A program made the position numbers and the translations under genes. From Neovahlkampfia damariscottae (taxonomy: Eukaryota): a DNA stretch of 34,429 bases. The stretch is from assembly GCA_016618085.1 (NCBI GenBank), contig JABLTG010000191.1:1-34429 (forward strand), written 5' to 3'. Shown here in pieces: positions 24,201-34,429 of this stretch. Numbering within the stretch: the stretch's first letter is position 1; every line of letters begins with the position of its first letter. Below the pieces are notes generated by a model. That model was not told where the DNA came from, made no database searches, and saw nothing but the letters and a program-made list of their open reading frames with translations.

Positions 24201-25949
24201 TGTGGGGAGAAAAAAAGAATTGTTTTGGAATTAAACGTTAAAGAAGGATTTGGAAGACCATCAATTGAATTATGTGGTGATGCTGGTGCTTTTAGTGAAA
24301 ATGTTACAAGAAATTTTGGAGTTGTTCCAAGTGGATTTCCAACCAAATTTTCAACTGGTTCTTTAATATCATCTGAAGAGCCATTATCATTGATTGTTCC
24401 AATTGCAGATGAAATTGTTGAATCATCACTTCATTCAAAGATTTCATTTTATTCATCACCTCTTTCCAATATCACAAGTGGTTTGAATTCATTATTAAAA
24501 GAACCTCATGGTTGTTTTGAACAAATTAGCTCCACAACATATCCTACAGTTATGGCTCATCAATATTTTTCAAGACATCAAGATATTATCAGCCCAAGCA
24601 TGATCTCAAAATCATCAAATTTAATTGATAAAGGATATAAAAAATTGATCACTTATGAATGTCAAGATGGAGGGTTTGAATGGTTTGCACATGGAAGTGG
24701 ACATGAAGGACTTACTGCATTAGGTGTTCTCGAATTTTCCGAAATGAAGAAAGTATATCCAGTTGATGATCAACTATTAAAAAGATCAACCGATTGGTTA
24801 CTTGCAAGAAGAGACGGGAAAGGATCTTTTGTACCAAACAAAGCAAAATCTTATCAGTTTGGAGGTTATTCAAAAGAACATGTTAAAGTTGCTTATATTG
24901 TCTGGGCATTATCAGAAGCAGGAATTACAACTGATATTGAAAAGGAAATTTCTGCTGTTTATAACGATAACAAAGATTCAAAAGAACCTTATACAATAGC
25001 ATTATGTGGAAATGCATTGCACAATATTGGAAAAACAAAAGAAGCTTTGGAAATGTCACAAAAACTATCAAAACTACAAAATAAAAAAGGATTCATGAAC
25101 TGTGATGCGTATGCATCTGGAACAACTATCACTGGATCAAAAGGTCAATCAAATTTAGTTGAAACTTCATCATTAGCTATTTTATGTTGGTTGAATAATT
25201 ATTCAAGTTTCACAAATGAAATTGAAAATGCAATGCGTTGGATTCATTCCACATGCAAAGATGGAAGATATGGGAGCACTCAAGCTACCTGTCTTGCTCT
25301 CAAAGCATTGTTAAAGTATGAAGAAATCGTACCAAAAAAAACAGAAAGAAGTGGAATGGCAACTATCATAATTGACTTAGAACATAAAATTACAGTTCCA
25401 ATTATTTCTACGAATACTGATGCTACTGAAATTGATATTGGAAAATATCTCACAAAATCAGGGGATCATTCAATTGAAGTTACTTTGTCTGATGGTTGTG
25501 CGGTTCCATATTCATTGTCCGTTAATTATTATTCAAAAAAACCTGAAAACTCATTTGAAGCAGAAATTGATATTTCAACAAAATTATCACAAAATCAATT
25601 CAAAGAAGGAGAAGGTGGTGAAATCAATGTTGAATTAATTAACAAAGCAGATGTAAAACAAGGAATGTCAATGGCTCTCGTTGGATTACCAGGTGGTTTA
25701 GAACCAAGACATGATCAATTAAAAGAACTTGTGAAACAAGAAATCTTTGATTGCTATGAAATCATTGGAAGAACAGTTGCAATTTATAAAAAAGCACTTC
25801 AAGCAAAAGAAACATTGAAATTCAAAATTGATGTTGTGGCAAGAGTACCAGGTAAATACTCAGGACCTGCAAGTCGATCTTATCTCTATTATAACGATGA
25901 ACACAAGAAATGGGTTGATGGATTAGAATGTGAAATTCTTCCTCTTTAA
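21217..25949 (+). CDS. WWE-domain / alpha-2-macroglobulin (thioester-containing protein) fusion, ~1508 aa, 6 introns
   Basis: Introns 21220-21254, 21666-21701, 21914-21951, 22084-22114, 22410-22440 and 22931-22965 give one frame. N-terminal VWEWHDDSNWNAY...LLEQNY...YKIHFSEMKQEN...RRIQRR; STDKPLYK, YPEGGDLV, DFSETLYW, DSITSFR; thioester motif GCFEQ (24510-24524); STQAT; C-terminal SYLYY. Confidence 0.9.
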
Positions 25950-25951
25950 AA

Positions 25952-26264
25952 TTAAAAATTATTATTTTCAATTTCAACTGCAATATCTGATAACTTTTTG
26001 ACAATTTCATCCAAATGTTCATTTTGTTGTAAACGATGAACTGCAAGTTTTGGTATGTTTTTTAAAGTTTCTGATTTTTCTTCGTCTTTCATTTTTGATG
26101 AGAGATATTCCAAATATTCAAAGAACTCTATTGATTCATTGATTGTCTGAACTTCATTGTTTTTATTATTTTCTTGATACCACTTTTCAAAAGCTTCAAA
26201 ATGACTGAGTAGTTCATCAATTTGTTTGAAGCTTTTCTTTTGGTGGAGTAGTTGAGTGATTCAT
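25952..26264 (-). CDS. Small hypothetical protein with an apparent 1-nt frameshift near its start
   Basis: About 100 open codons (…SFKQIDELLSHFEAFEKWYQE…IENNNF*); an ATG at 26264 follows a CCAAT box but is out of frame by one base. Confidence 0.35.
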
Positions 26265-26324
26265 ATTCTTGATAAATGATTGGATGAATATCTGAGATCA
26301 AAATTTATTGAATCAAAAAATCAC

Positions 26325-27210
26325 CTAAAATGTATCTTTTAGATTAGAGTAGCCTCTGAATAACAAAATTCCTGATAAAAATGGTTCAATTAATGTATGA
26401 TCAATTTGAATCATTGAAAATGTTGACAGAACCATAAACCCTTGAAAAAATTTCCAATCAAACCATTCTTCATCTAGAATAATTCTTGAAAATAACAATA
26501 AAAACTTGAAAAACACAAAAATATTTAAATAATACAATGATTGATATTTTGAATAAAATTGAATTAATCCAAAGAAGAAAATGATTGAAGTCAAAAAAAT
26601 GCCTTGATTTGATTGATATCCCTTTAAAAATACAATCAGAAATACAAATGTCCATAATCCAAAATACAGTAAATTTAGTGTAAATTTGAATTCCAACTAT
26701 TTTCAAAAATTAGACACTGTGATTTCTTACAATTAACATGACATAAATATATAATGAGATTGAAAACATGATAAACAAACATAACATAACTGAAATAAAC
26801 ATACAACTTGATGGTTTTCGATTTTCTTCTTGTCTTTTTTTGTTGACAAAAACTTCATTCAATCTCACTGCCATGTCAATGTAAATTATTGATTTGACAA
26901 AAACTAAGAGTAAATTACCACCAAATGAAATATATTCTATATTTTAATTTTGAAAATTTTTACTATAAATTGAAAGAAGCATTGTTGGCGTTTTCAGTGA
27001 AAAAAATAACAAAAAGAAATATAAAACAATTTTCAATGTGATAAATTCTCCTTGTATTAGGTTTCTTTTTTCTTTTGAAATGAATTCAGTGAGGGAAATA
27101 ATCAAATGTATTCCAAAAAACAAAAAAAGAGTGAAAGAAAATTGAGTTTCAGTGTTTTTCGGAAAAAACGAAAATAATAGTGAATATTTTGGCAAAATGG
27201 AAGCAATCAT
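26325..27210 (-). CDS. Multi-pass membrane protein, weakly Serinc/TMS1-like, 2 introns
   Basis: Introns 26937-26963 and 26697-26730 give one frame with many hydrophobic segments. RNLIQGEFITLK, YIDMAVRLNE and NQGIFLTSII loosely recall Serinc motifs. Start and end are uncertain. Confidence 0.45.
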
Positions 27211-27334
27211 AGTTATAACTATCAAACTAACATAAAACAATTTTGCAGAAGTATTGTTCTTTGTTTCAGTTGAGTTGTTCATTACTGATTGGATCAATGG
27301 AAAACACCCAATAAGAACTTGTCTTTTTTTTTTG

Positions 27335-27656
27335 ATGAACGAAGAAAACGAAAATCTACCACAAGAGGAAGAAGAACAAGTTGAATATTTAGTTGTACAA
27401 ATAAATGATTTTGAAGGTTCAAATTTCTTGGATAAAACGAAAAGTTGCTCCATTATGATATGAATTTTTTTTCTTTTTAAAATTTTACGGATTAGATGAA
27501 GGAAAGGCGATTTTACAAATTGGAAATTTTGTATTTGAAGGAAAATTAGAAGACAAAGCCACCAGGACGTTCATGGCATTTGAAGGAGACGAATATAAAT
27601 TCAAAACAAATAAAATCATAAATATGAATAGAATAACTAAAATGACAGAAAAATAA
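27335..27656 (+). CDS. TFIIIC triple-barrel-domain subunit (GTF3C6/TFIIIC35-like), 96 aa, with an AT-AC intron at 27458-27488
   Basis: EEQVEYLVVQI...CSIM|GLDEGKAILQIGNFVFEGKLED...TFMAF...YKFKTNKIINM matches the pattern of this family. Confidence 0.72.
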
Positions 27657-27745
27657 AATCTTAAAATGCTGAAATAATAAAAAAAATAAATTCCAATTTT
27701 CGCTCTTCTTTTTTATCCAATCAAATCATAAACATTTCTTTTCAA

Positions 27746-29623
27746 ATGAACCAAAAGAAACAAGTGGATCCGAACTGGAAAATTCAAACCATAAATTTAG
27801 TTCATAAGGAGATTTTCAAAACAAAAGACAAACAGCAGTTGCCATATCAAAAAGCTGATAACTATCATTTTCTTATGACGATAACTGAAACAGCGAAATT
27901 ATTCGAAGAAAATCAACCAGACACAAAAACAAATGAAGAGTCAAAGAAATTTATCTATCAAAGAAAAATAAATGACCTCAGGAACGAGTATTCTAAACAT
28001 TTTGTCACTGCTTTAAAGTCAGATGAATTACGAAATCAACTGCCACTAGAAAAACAAAAAATCACCTTCAAATATGATTTACAAGACTTAAAAACAAATT
28101 CTATTCTTTCCACTATTTTTACTCAAAGAAATATTGAAGGACCTTTAGTTGAAGTTGATGAAATAGAAATTCAAAAATTAATGGATTCACAACAAACAAC
28201 TCAAGAAAGTGATGATTTTGATTTTGATTCTATTGAAGAAGAAGCCATTAAACAATCATTAAAAAAATCACAAAAAAATCAAATTTTAATACAAGAGGAT
28301 ATTATTGAAGAAACATCTATTCCACCTCCAACAAACACAACAAATGGTTTTATGTCAAGTTTACAATATCAAGTAACTTTTTTTTAAAATTGACTATTGT
28401 TCTAAAGAAACAATTGAATGCTAAGGATAATAAGACATCAAATTCATATTCAAATTCTTATGGTTCTTCAAATGGTAAATTTGATCCTGCAAAATCAGTT
28501 GTGAGTCATATGACAGGTTCTAATGCTACAAAATTACAAACAAAAAAAAGAAAATTCAAAGTACCTTTTAAAAAAGATGAAAATAAAAGACAAGAAGAAG
28601 AAGAACCTGAAATCAAGTAAACAAAAAAAACATATTTTAACATCAAAAAGAAAAAAGAAAATTGGAGAAAATGCACAAGCCAAAGATTTATCTGATTTAT
28701 TTCCTGATGGTGTTGTTCCTGATGAATTCAAAAATTTAGATTTCAAATTAGTTGAAATGATAAATAATGAAATCATGTGTAAAAACGTAGACATTAAATT
28801 TGATGACATTGCTGGGGTTTCAAGTGCTCTATCAACTGTTATTGAATCTGCTATGTGGCCATTATTAAATTCCAAATTGTTCTTTGGCATTAGATCACCT
28901 GCAAAAGGTATTTTATTATTTGGCCCTCCAGGAACAGGTAAAACTTTAATTGGGAAAGCAATTGCAACAGAAACTAAATCAACTTTCTTTAACATTTCTG
29001 CATCTTCTTTAATGAGTAAATGGATTGGAGAAGGTGAAAAACTTGTAAAAACATTATTTGCTGTGGCAAGATATTACCAACCAACTGTAATTTTTATTGA
29101 TGAAATTGATAGTATTCTATCAAAAAGAACTGATAGTGATTCTGATAATGGGACAAGAAGAGTTAAGACTGAATTTCTTGTTCAATTGGATGGAGCATCA
29201 ACAACTGGAAATGATCAAATTTTAGTAGTGGGAGCAACTAACAGACCTCAAGAAATAGATGATGCTGTAAGAAGAAGACTTGTAAAAAAGTTATATATTC
29301 CATTACCAGACGGAAAAGCAAGAGTTCAAATTGTTCGAAATTTATTAAAAGATCAAAAAAATGATTTGAACGATTCAGATTATGATAAAATTGAAAATGA
29401 AACAGGTGGTTTTTCAGGTGCTGATATGAAAAGTTTATGTCAAGAGGCGGCATTAAATCCAATCAGAGAATTAACAGATATCAGAAATGTTAATTTGGAA
29501 GATTTGAGACCCATCACATGTTCAGATTTTATGCTTGGTTTAGAAAGTACTAGACCAAGTGTTTCTCAAGATGATTTGAAACAGTATGAAGAATGGAATC
29601 AAAAATTTGGTTCAACAAAATAA
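27746..29623 (+). CDS. FIGNL1: Fidgetin-like 1 type AAA+ ATPase, 2 introns (28373-28407, 28617-28650)
   Basis: LVEMINNEIM, MWPLL, KGILLFGPPGTGKT, SKWIGEGEK, FIDEIDS, ATNRPQEIDDAVRRR, RPSVS...YEEWNQKFGS; upstream FKVP motif. Confidence 0.85.
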
Positions 29624-29675
29624 AATATTTAGGTTGGAATTGTTGAGTATTTTGATTGGTGAAATTGATCGGTTG

Positions 29676-30323
29676 ATGGGTCAACTTCAACTTGTCACTT
29701 TGTTTTTTTGTTTTCTTTTAATCAAAGGATATACTTTTATTAATGTACAAAAACAAAGAGAAGAATTTAAACTTCTTTCTTTGAAAAATCAGTTTAATTT
29801 TTATGAAAAATTGGCAAAAGAATTTCAAACTAAATACCCACAAATTGAGAAAGAAACCATCATTCAATTTCTTCAAACTCTTTATTATTCAAAAAAAACA
29901 CCAGAAAAAGTATCAAAACTTTATAAAAAAATATTTCAAAAAAAAAAAATACTTTCGGTTTCAACTTCCACACTGAACTGTTTTAAAAAAAACTTGAAAG
30001 AAGAATTCTTCTTGATATTTTCTAAATGTCAAATGAATCAATCATGTTGGGAAAAACATTCAAAACAATCGAATTATTGTCTCATCAAAAAATCAACAAG
30101 AGACAGTTGTTACAAAGACTGCATGAAATCATTTGATTGTTTGAAAACAGGATGTGATTTTGTAACTCCAAATTATTGGGATACTATTGTTCAATTATGT
30201 GCTGTTAGAAATGAAAATTGCATTTGCTATGGATCTCAATTGACCAAATTGATTTTCCTTCAACACAGAAGTTGTGCAAGAAAATGTGATTTGAATCCAT
30301 GGATGAGGTGTGATAACAAATAA
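29676..30323 (+). CDS. Secreted protein with a Cys-rich C-terminal half
   Basis: ATG 29676 follows TGATTGG; signal-like MGQLQLVTLFFCFLLIKG; more than 12 Cys in the last ~110 aa. Confidence 0.7.
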   Translation: MGQLQLVTLFFCFLLIKGYTFINVQKQREEFKLLSLKNQFNFYEKLAKEFQTKYPQIEKETIIQFLQTLYYSKKTPEKVSKLYKKIFQKKKILSVSTSTLNCFKKNLKEEFFLIFSKCQMNQSCWEKHSKQSNYCLIKKSTRDSCYKDCMKSFDCLKTGCDFVTPNYWDTIVQLCAVRNENCICYGSQLTKLIFLQHRSCARKCDLNPWMRCDNK

Positions 30324-30331
30324 ATATTTAT

Positions 30332-31572
30332 TTAAAAATTTAAAAACCTTAGAACTAAAAACAATAAAACTACCGAAATGAGATATCTACAAGCTAATTC
30401 AATGAAATTTGAGTTATTAACCTCAGCAACCTCTGCTTTGTGTTTTGCAACTTTTTCTTTGAATTTTTCAGTAATTAATGTTGTTTTTCTGGGTGGATAT
30501 GTTGAATATTCGTTTGAAAATAATTCATCATTCGAAGAATATTTATCATCTTGTTGGTATTGATTCATTGATTTCTCGTGATAAATTTGGTACTCAGTAA
30601 TTGAATTGACATCATTGAATGAAACAGATTTTCTTCTACTTCTTGAACCAGCAGGTGTTTTCTTCATACAACTTGTTGGATTGCTTTGTCTTGGTGCACG
30701 TTTTGGTGTTTTATCTTCGACTGGTTCTTTGTAAATTCTTGCTGGTTTGGAAGGTGTTTTCACCAAAGGCATCGAAATATCTTCATCTTCTTGATATATT
30801 CTTGCTGGTTTTGAAGGTGTAGTGGTCATTTTAAGACTTTTGGTTCTTTGAATATCAATTGGAGTCTTTTGAAAATCTTGTGCATTTTTGATCAATTGAG
30901 ATGCTTTTGAAGGTGTCTTTATGATTTTATTTGTTGGAATAACTTCATTATCTTCGAATACTAATGTTGATTTGACTGGTGTCTTCTTCAAGATTTCATT
31001 TTCTTTGTTGGTTTTTGAAGGTGTTCTCATTGATTTCATTGGAACATCAAATTGAATATTTTGATTTGGTTTTTCTTGTAATGGTGTTTTAATGACTTCT
31101 TTAATCATTTTTTGTTTAATTACAATCTTATTTGAGTCTAGAATCTTCTGTTTTTCTGAATTTTCTTTGATTGTGAATTTTCTTTGGTATTTGAACTTTT
31201 TATTGTGAACAGAAATGATGTCATTGTTTTTTAGAATTATTTTTTCTGAAATTTCATTGTCATTAACAAAAATTGGAATACGTGTTGACAGAGGAACAAC
31301 TATAACTTTTTCATTTTCTTTAACAAGTTTTAACTGTTTTCTTGAAACTGCCATCTCTTTCAACATTATGTGACATTCAGAATGTCTTGTTTTTAGAACA
31401 ATTTTTTTAATTTTTACCTTCCAATGACAATTTCTGGAGTCAACAAGAAATTCAAAGCAACTTTCACCTTTTTTCCATCATCACTGATGACAGTTAGTGT
31501 GTCTAAATAATCTTCTTTTGTTTGTTTTCCACCACTTAAGTTTGTTGAGTTTACGCTTCTTTTACTCAACAT
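30332..31572 (-). CDS. FHA-domain protein with TP repeats, a PP1-docking motif and a C-terminal transmembrane helix, 1 intron (31386-31417)
   Basis: Splicing restores IVIGRHSECHIMLKEMAVSRKQ (FHA GR...S motif); many KTP sites; RRKSVSF; terminal YLISVVLLFLVLRFLNF. Confidence 0.8.
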
Positions 31573-31637
31573 TTGCGCGCGTAAAATTTAGATAAAAATG
31601 ATTGGTTGTTTCATTAAACCAATAAAAATCAAATCTC

Positions 31638-32688
31638 ATGTCAACTGTGAAAGAATTTCTGAATGAACATGAAAAACTATATGACTTCACAAAACAAACA
31701 AAATTAATTCAAGAATTCTGTAAAACCCACGAAAACAAAAAAATTGTTGTTGTAACGAGTGGTGGGACATCAGGTAAAGAAATTCATTGTTTTAACTTTT
31801 TTTTTGAAAAAGTTCCTCTTGAAAAGAATACAGTTCGTTCCATAACAAATTTTTCAACAGGTTTAAATTCTTCTTCAAAAAACTAATTCATCAACAAGGT
31901 ACAAGAGGAGCAAATTCCGCAGAAGAATTTCTAAAACATGGCTATGCTGTTATTTTTGTTCATGCACTGAATTCAAAGAAACCATTTACAAATCAACTTT
32001 CAATTGGTAATGGTGTTGAAATAAAAAATAAAGAAATTCAACTTGTGTTGTCTGAAGAAATGAAAAAAAAATTAATTCTTCAACAACAAGTAATGGAAGA
32101 AAATTTAATGATACAAAGTAGGTTTAATAATCATTAAAAAAACATATAGTTCAATTTGAGAACATTGCTGAATATCTAGTGAGAAATATTTTATTGTTAA
32201 AATTTCAAGTTGTTATTAAGAGTTATTGGTGAATTAATGGAACCATTGGGAAAAAAAGTTATAATATATGCAGCTGCAGCAGGTAAAAATTATTCTTTTC
32301 TTATGAAGTAGTTTCTGATTTCTATTTGCCAATTTCAAAAATGGAAGAACACAAGATTCAAAGTCGTGATATTGAACAATTAGAATTAAGACTTGATCCA
32401 ACACCAAAAATGTTGAAACCTTTAAGAGACAAATGGGCTCCTTCTTGTTTTTTAATCACTTTCAAATTGGAAACTGATGAAACTCTCTTGAAAAAAAAAA
32501 TAGATTATGCCATTGAAAAGTACAAAATGAATTTAGTAGTTGGAAATATTTTAGCAACAAGATTTGTAAAATTATACATTTGTGATGGAAAAGAAATGAA
32601 AATAATTGAAAGATTGTCAGATGAAAGAATTGAAAATTTCTTAATCAAAGAATTAGTAATGGAACATTTATTATTCTTAAAAGAATAA
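31638..32688 (+). CDS. PPCS: Phosphopantothenate--cysteine ligase (PPC synthetase), 5 introns
   Basis: VTSGGTSVPLEKNTVR, NFSTGTRGA, AAAVSDFY, HKIQS, FKLETD. Introns 31774-31812, 31861-31898, 32118-32149, 32179-32209 and 32283-32311. Confidence 0.93.
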
Positions 32689-32802
32689 ATCAATTTGTCA
32701 TTGTTTATTCAATCTCTTTGTAGAATTCTTGTGAATTTCTCTGTCAAAAATACTCTGTTGACTTTCGTCTGTGATTTCCATCAATAACCAAATTTCATCC
32801 AC

Positions 32803-34126
32803 TAATAAGACTCTTGGACAATTCATCACGTTATGATAATAAACCTTGGTTTTAAACTTGAAGTATGGTGTTTCAAATAAACAAGTGACGTTTTTAAGTG
32901 TAATATCACTAGTTAGACAACAAGTTATGTTATTCACAATAAGTACGTCTTTAGACAATAAGTAGTGTTTTTGAGCAATAAGTCATGTTATTCATGAAAA
33001 GTAACTTATTGTACAAGAAGTTTCTTGTTGTAAAAATATTTAATAGGTCCTACTTATCAAGTGTCGTACTTTACATTGGCCATATATTCCACAATTTCAA
33101 AATAGCCAATCAGTTAATTCAAAGGAAGGCAGATCATGGATAAACTTATTCTCTTAAACATATTTGATTTTTTTGAATGCACCGAACATCTTTTAATGAG
33201 ATTCGTTTGTAAAGACTGGAAAGAAATTTTGAAAATAAAAAAAATAGCATTTTTCACGTTGTTAGCCTACAACAATTATCGTAAAGAAAATAATGTTGTT
33301 GTAATAGGATGCTACGATAATATTTTGGAAGCTTTAAATAAACAAAAAAAAATCTGCAGAAAAATGAGAAAAGACTTACCAGAATATTACAGAAATTTGA
33401 GAATTATTCCAAAAGATAAGCTTGAATATGGAATTGAATTGGATGATGAACAAGAAATAGCAGTGGAATTACAAGTAATCTCCAAATTAATTTGTTACAA
33501 AATCCCCAAAATTGTTCATATAAATTTACGAACTTATTGGGGTGGTTGGAGAGACCTCAATGAAATTGAAGTTGAAAGTATATCACTCCAACCTCATTCA
33601 ATTGGAATTCATAAATCAAATTGTTGTTTCATGAATAAAAAAAGAGAAAACGAATACTATTGTATTAAAATGACTCTCAATGAAACTTTAGATAATTTTG
33701 AAGAATTTTTGAGAGTTTTTTAACATTTTTAATTTTAAAAATTTATTTTTCTTCAAATTTTGTTTAATTATTTCCATTTTATTCTTTAACAATAATTTTA
33801 TATGAAAAGAAAATGGATAAGTAAAATTTTCTTTTACTTCAAAACTAGTGTTTTAATGAAAAAACGTTATGTTTCAAGCTGAAGTGTTTCATTATTTGCA
33901 CTAACGCTGTTTTTTATGCAATGAATAACTTATTTTGAGTAACACTACTTGTTGCTAAAAAACACCACTTATTGCCAATGAAGCACTTGTTGTGAATAAC
34001 ACAACTTATTGTCTAATAAGTTGTGTTATACTTGAAAACATCACTTGTTTATCTGAAACAACACACTTCAAGTTTAAAACCGAAGTTTATTATCATAACG
34101 CGACGAATTGTCCAAGAGTCTTATTA
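32803..34126. mobile_element. Putative non-autonomous DNA transposon bounded by ~200-bp terminal inverted repeats
   Basis: 32803-~33000 is the reverse complement of ~33930-34126 (hand alignment ~84% identical, ~92% over the outer 86 bp). Similarity ends sharply at TA on both sides. No transposase inside. Confidence 0.6.
33136..33723 (+). CDS. F-box-like protein
   Basis: N-terminal ILLNIFDFF...LLMRFVCKDWKEI F-box pattern; intronless; CCAATCA at 33106. Confidence 0.65.
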   Translation: MDKLILLNIFDFFECTEHLLMRFVCKDWKEILKIKKIAFFTLLAYNNYRKENNVVVIGCYDNILEALNKQKKICRKMRKDLPEYYRNLRIIPKDKLEYGIELDDEQEIAVELQVISKLICYKIPKIVHINLRTYWGGWRDLNEIEVESISLQPHSIGIHKSNCCFMNKKRENEYYCIKMTLNETLDNFEEFLRVF

Positions 34127-34429
34127 TGAAACACTCTGCACAAGATTTCCGTGAATCAATTACAAAAAGAATAGGACTAGTTTAAAAATAAGTTTCTGAT
34201 TGCTTCAGCTTTTGCTATGTGCAATATTTGATACAATTGGAACAACTGTAAAAATTGAAAAAGATTATTTATCAGTTTCAACTGTTATGAATGGAAAAGA
34301 AAAAAAATTGAAAGTATTATATGGACAAACAAAAGACTCATTACAACTATTAGAGTATTTGTAAGTTTCAAAGTTCTTTTAATTTTTTTAAAGACTCCAA
34401 AAAAACGAATGGTTGGTAAATATTCTAAA
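34126..34429 (+). CDS. 5' part of a hypothetical gene running off the window
   Basis: ATG 34126; introns 34180-34208 and 34361-34393 keep the frame open (MKHSAQDFRE...LLLCAIFDTIG...NEWLVNIL). Confidence 0.5.

Noticed and set aside
32698..32958. 86-aa ORF as a real gene
   Set aside because: No ATG start; it lies mostly in the inverted arm, and the mirrored copy has an indel and many non-synonymous changes.
32900..34015. CRISPR-like array from the ~20-bp periodic motif
   Set aside because: The core is only 8 bp, spacers are too short, the context is eukaryotic and there are no cas genes.

Overview
AT-rich, extremely gene-dense eukaryotic (protist-like) genomic DNA using the standard genetic code. 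About 25 genes are packed with intergenic gaps of often under 100 bp. I placed about 43 tiny spliceosomal introns (27-44 nt) by hand; they explain the fragmented ORF track. Recognisable genes: metallophosphoesterase, atypical Ras, Ubc4/5 E2, ataxin-3, Sas10/Utp3, Rac, MBL-fold hydrolase, DUF4116 protein, TFIIIC triple-barrel subunit, fidgetin-like AAA ATPase, PPC synthetase and an F-box-like protein. Most notable: (1) a leaderless alpha-2-macroglobulin/thioester protein with an N-terminal WWE domain; (2) a secreted, probably GPI-anchored eight-domain Cu/Zn-SOD built as (A-B)x4 from two chemically distinct domain types; (3) a secreted VWD protein with an ultra-basic tail carrying 22-residue repeats; (4) a 31-nt AT-AC intron; (5) a ~1.3-kb element bounded by ~200-bp inverted repeats that carries an F-box-like gene; (6) a tail-anchored FHA/PP1-docking protein reminiscent of Ki-67; (7) a CCAATCA box upstream of nearly every start codon. 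All family calls come from motif recognition by eye; no database searches were run.
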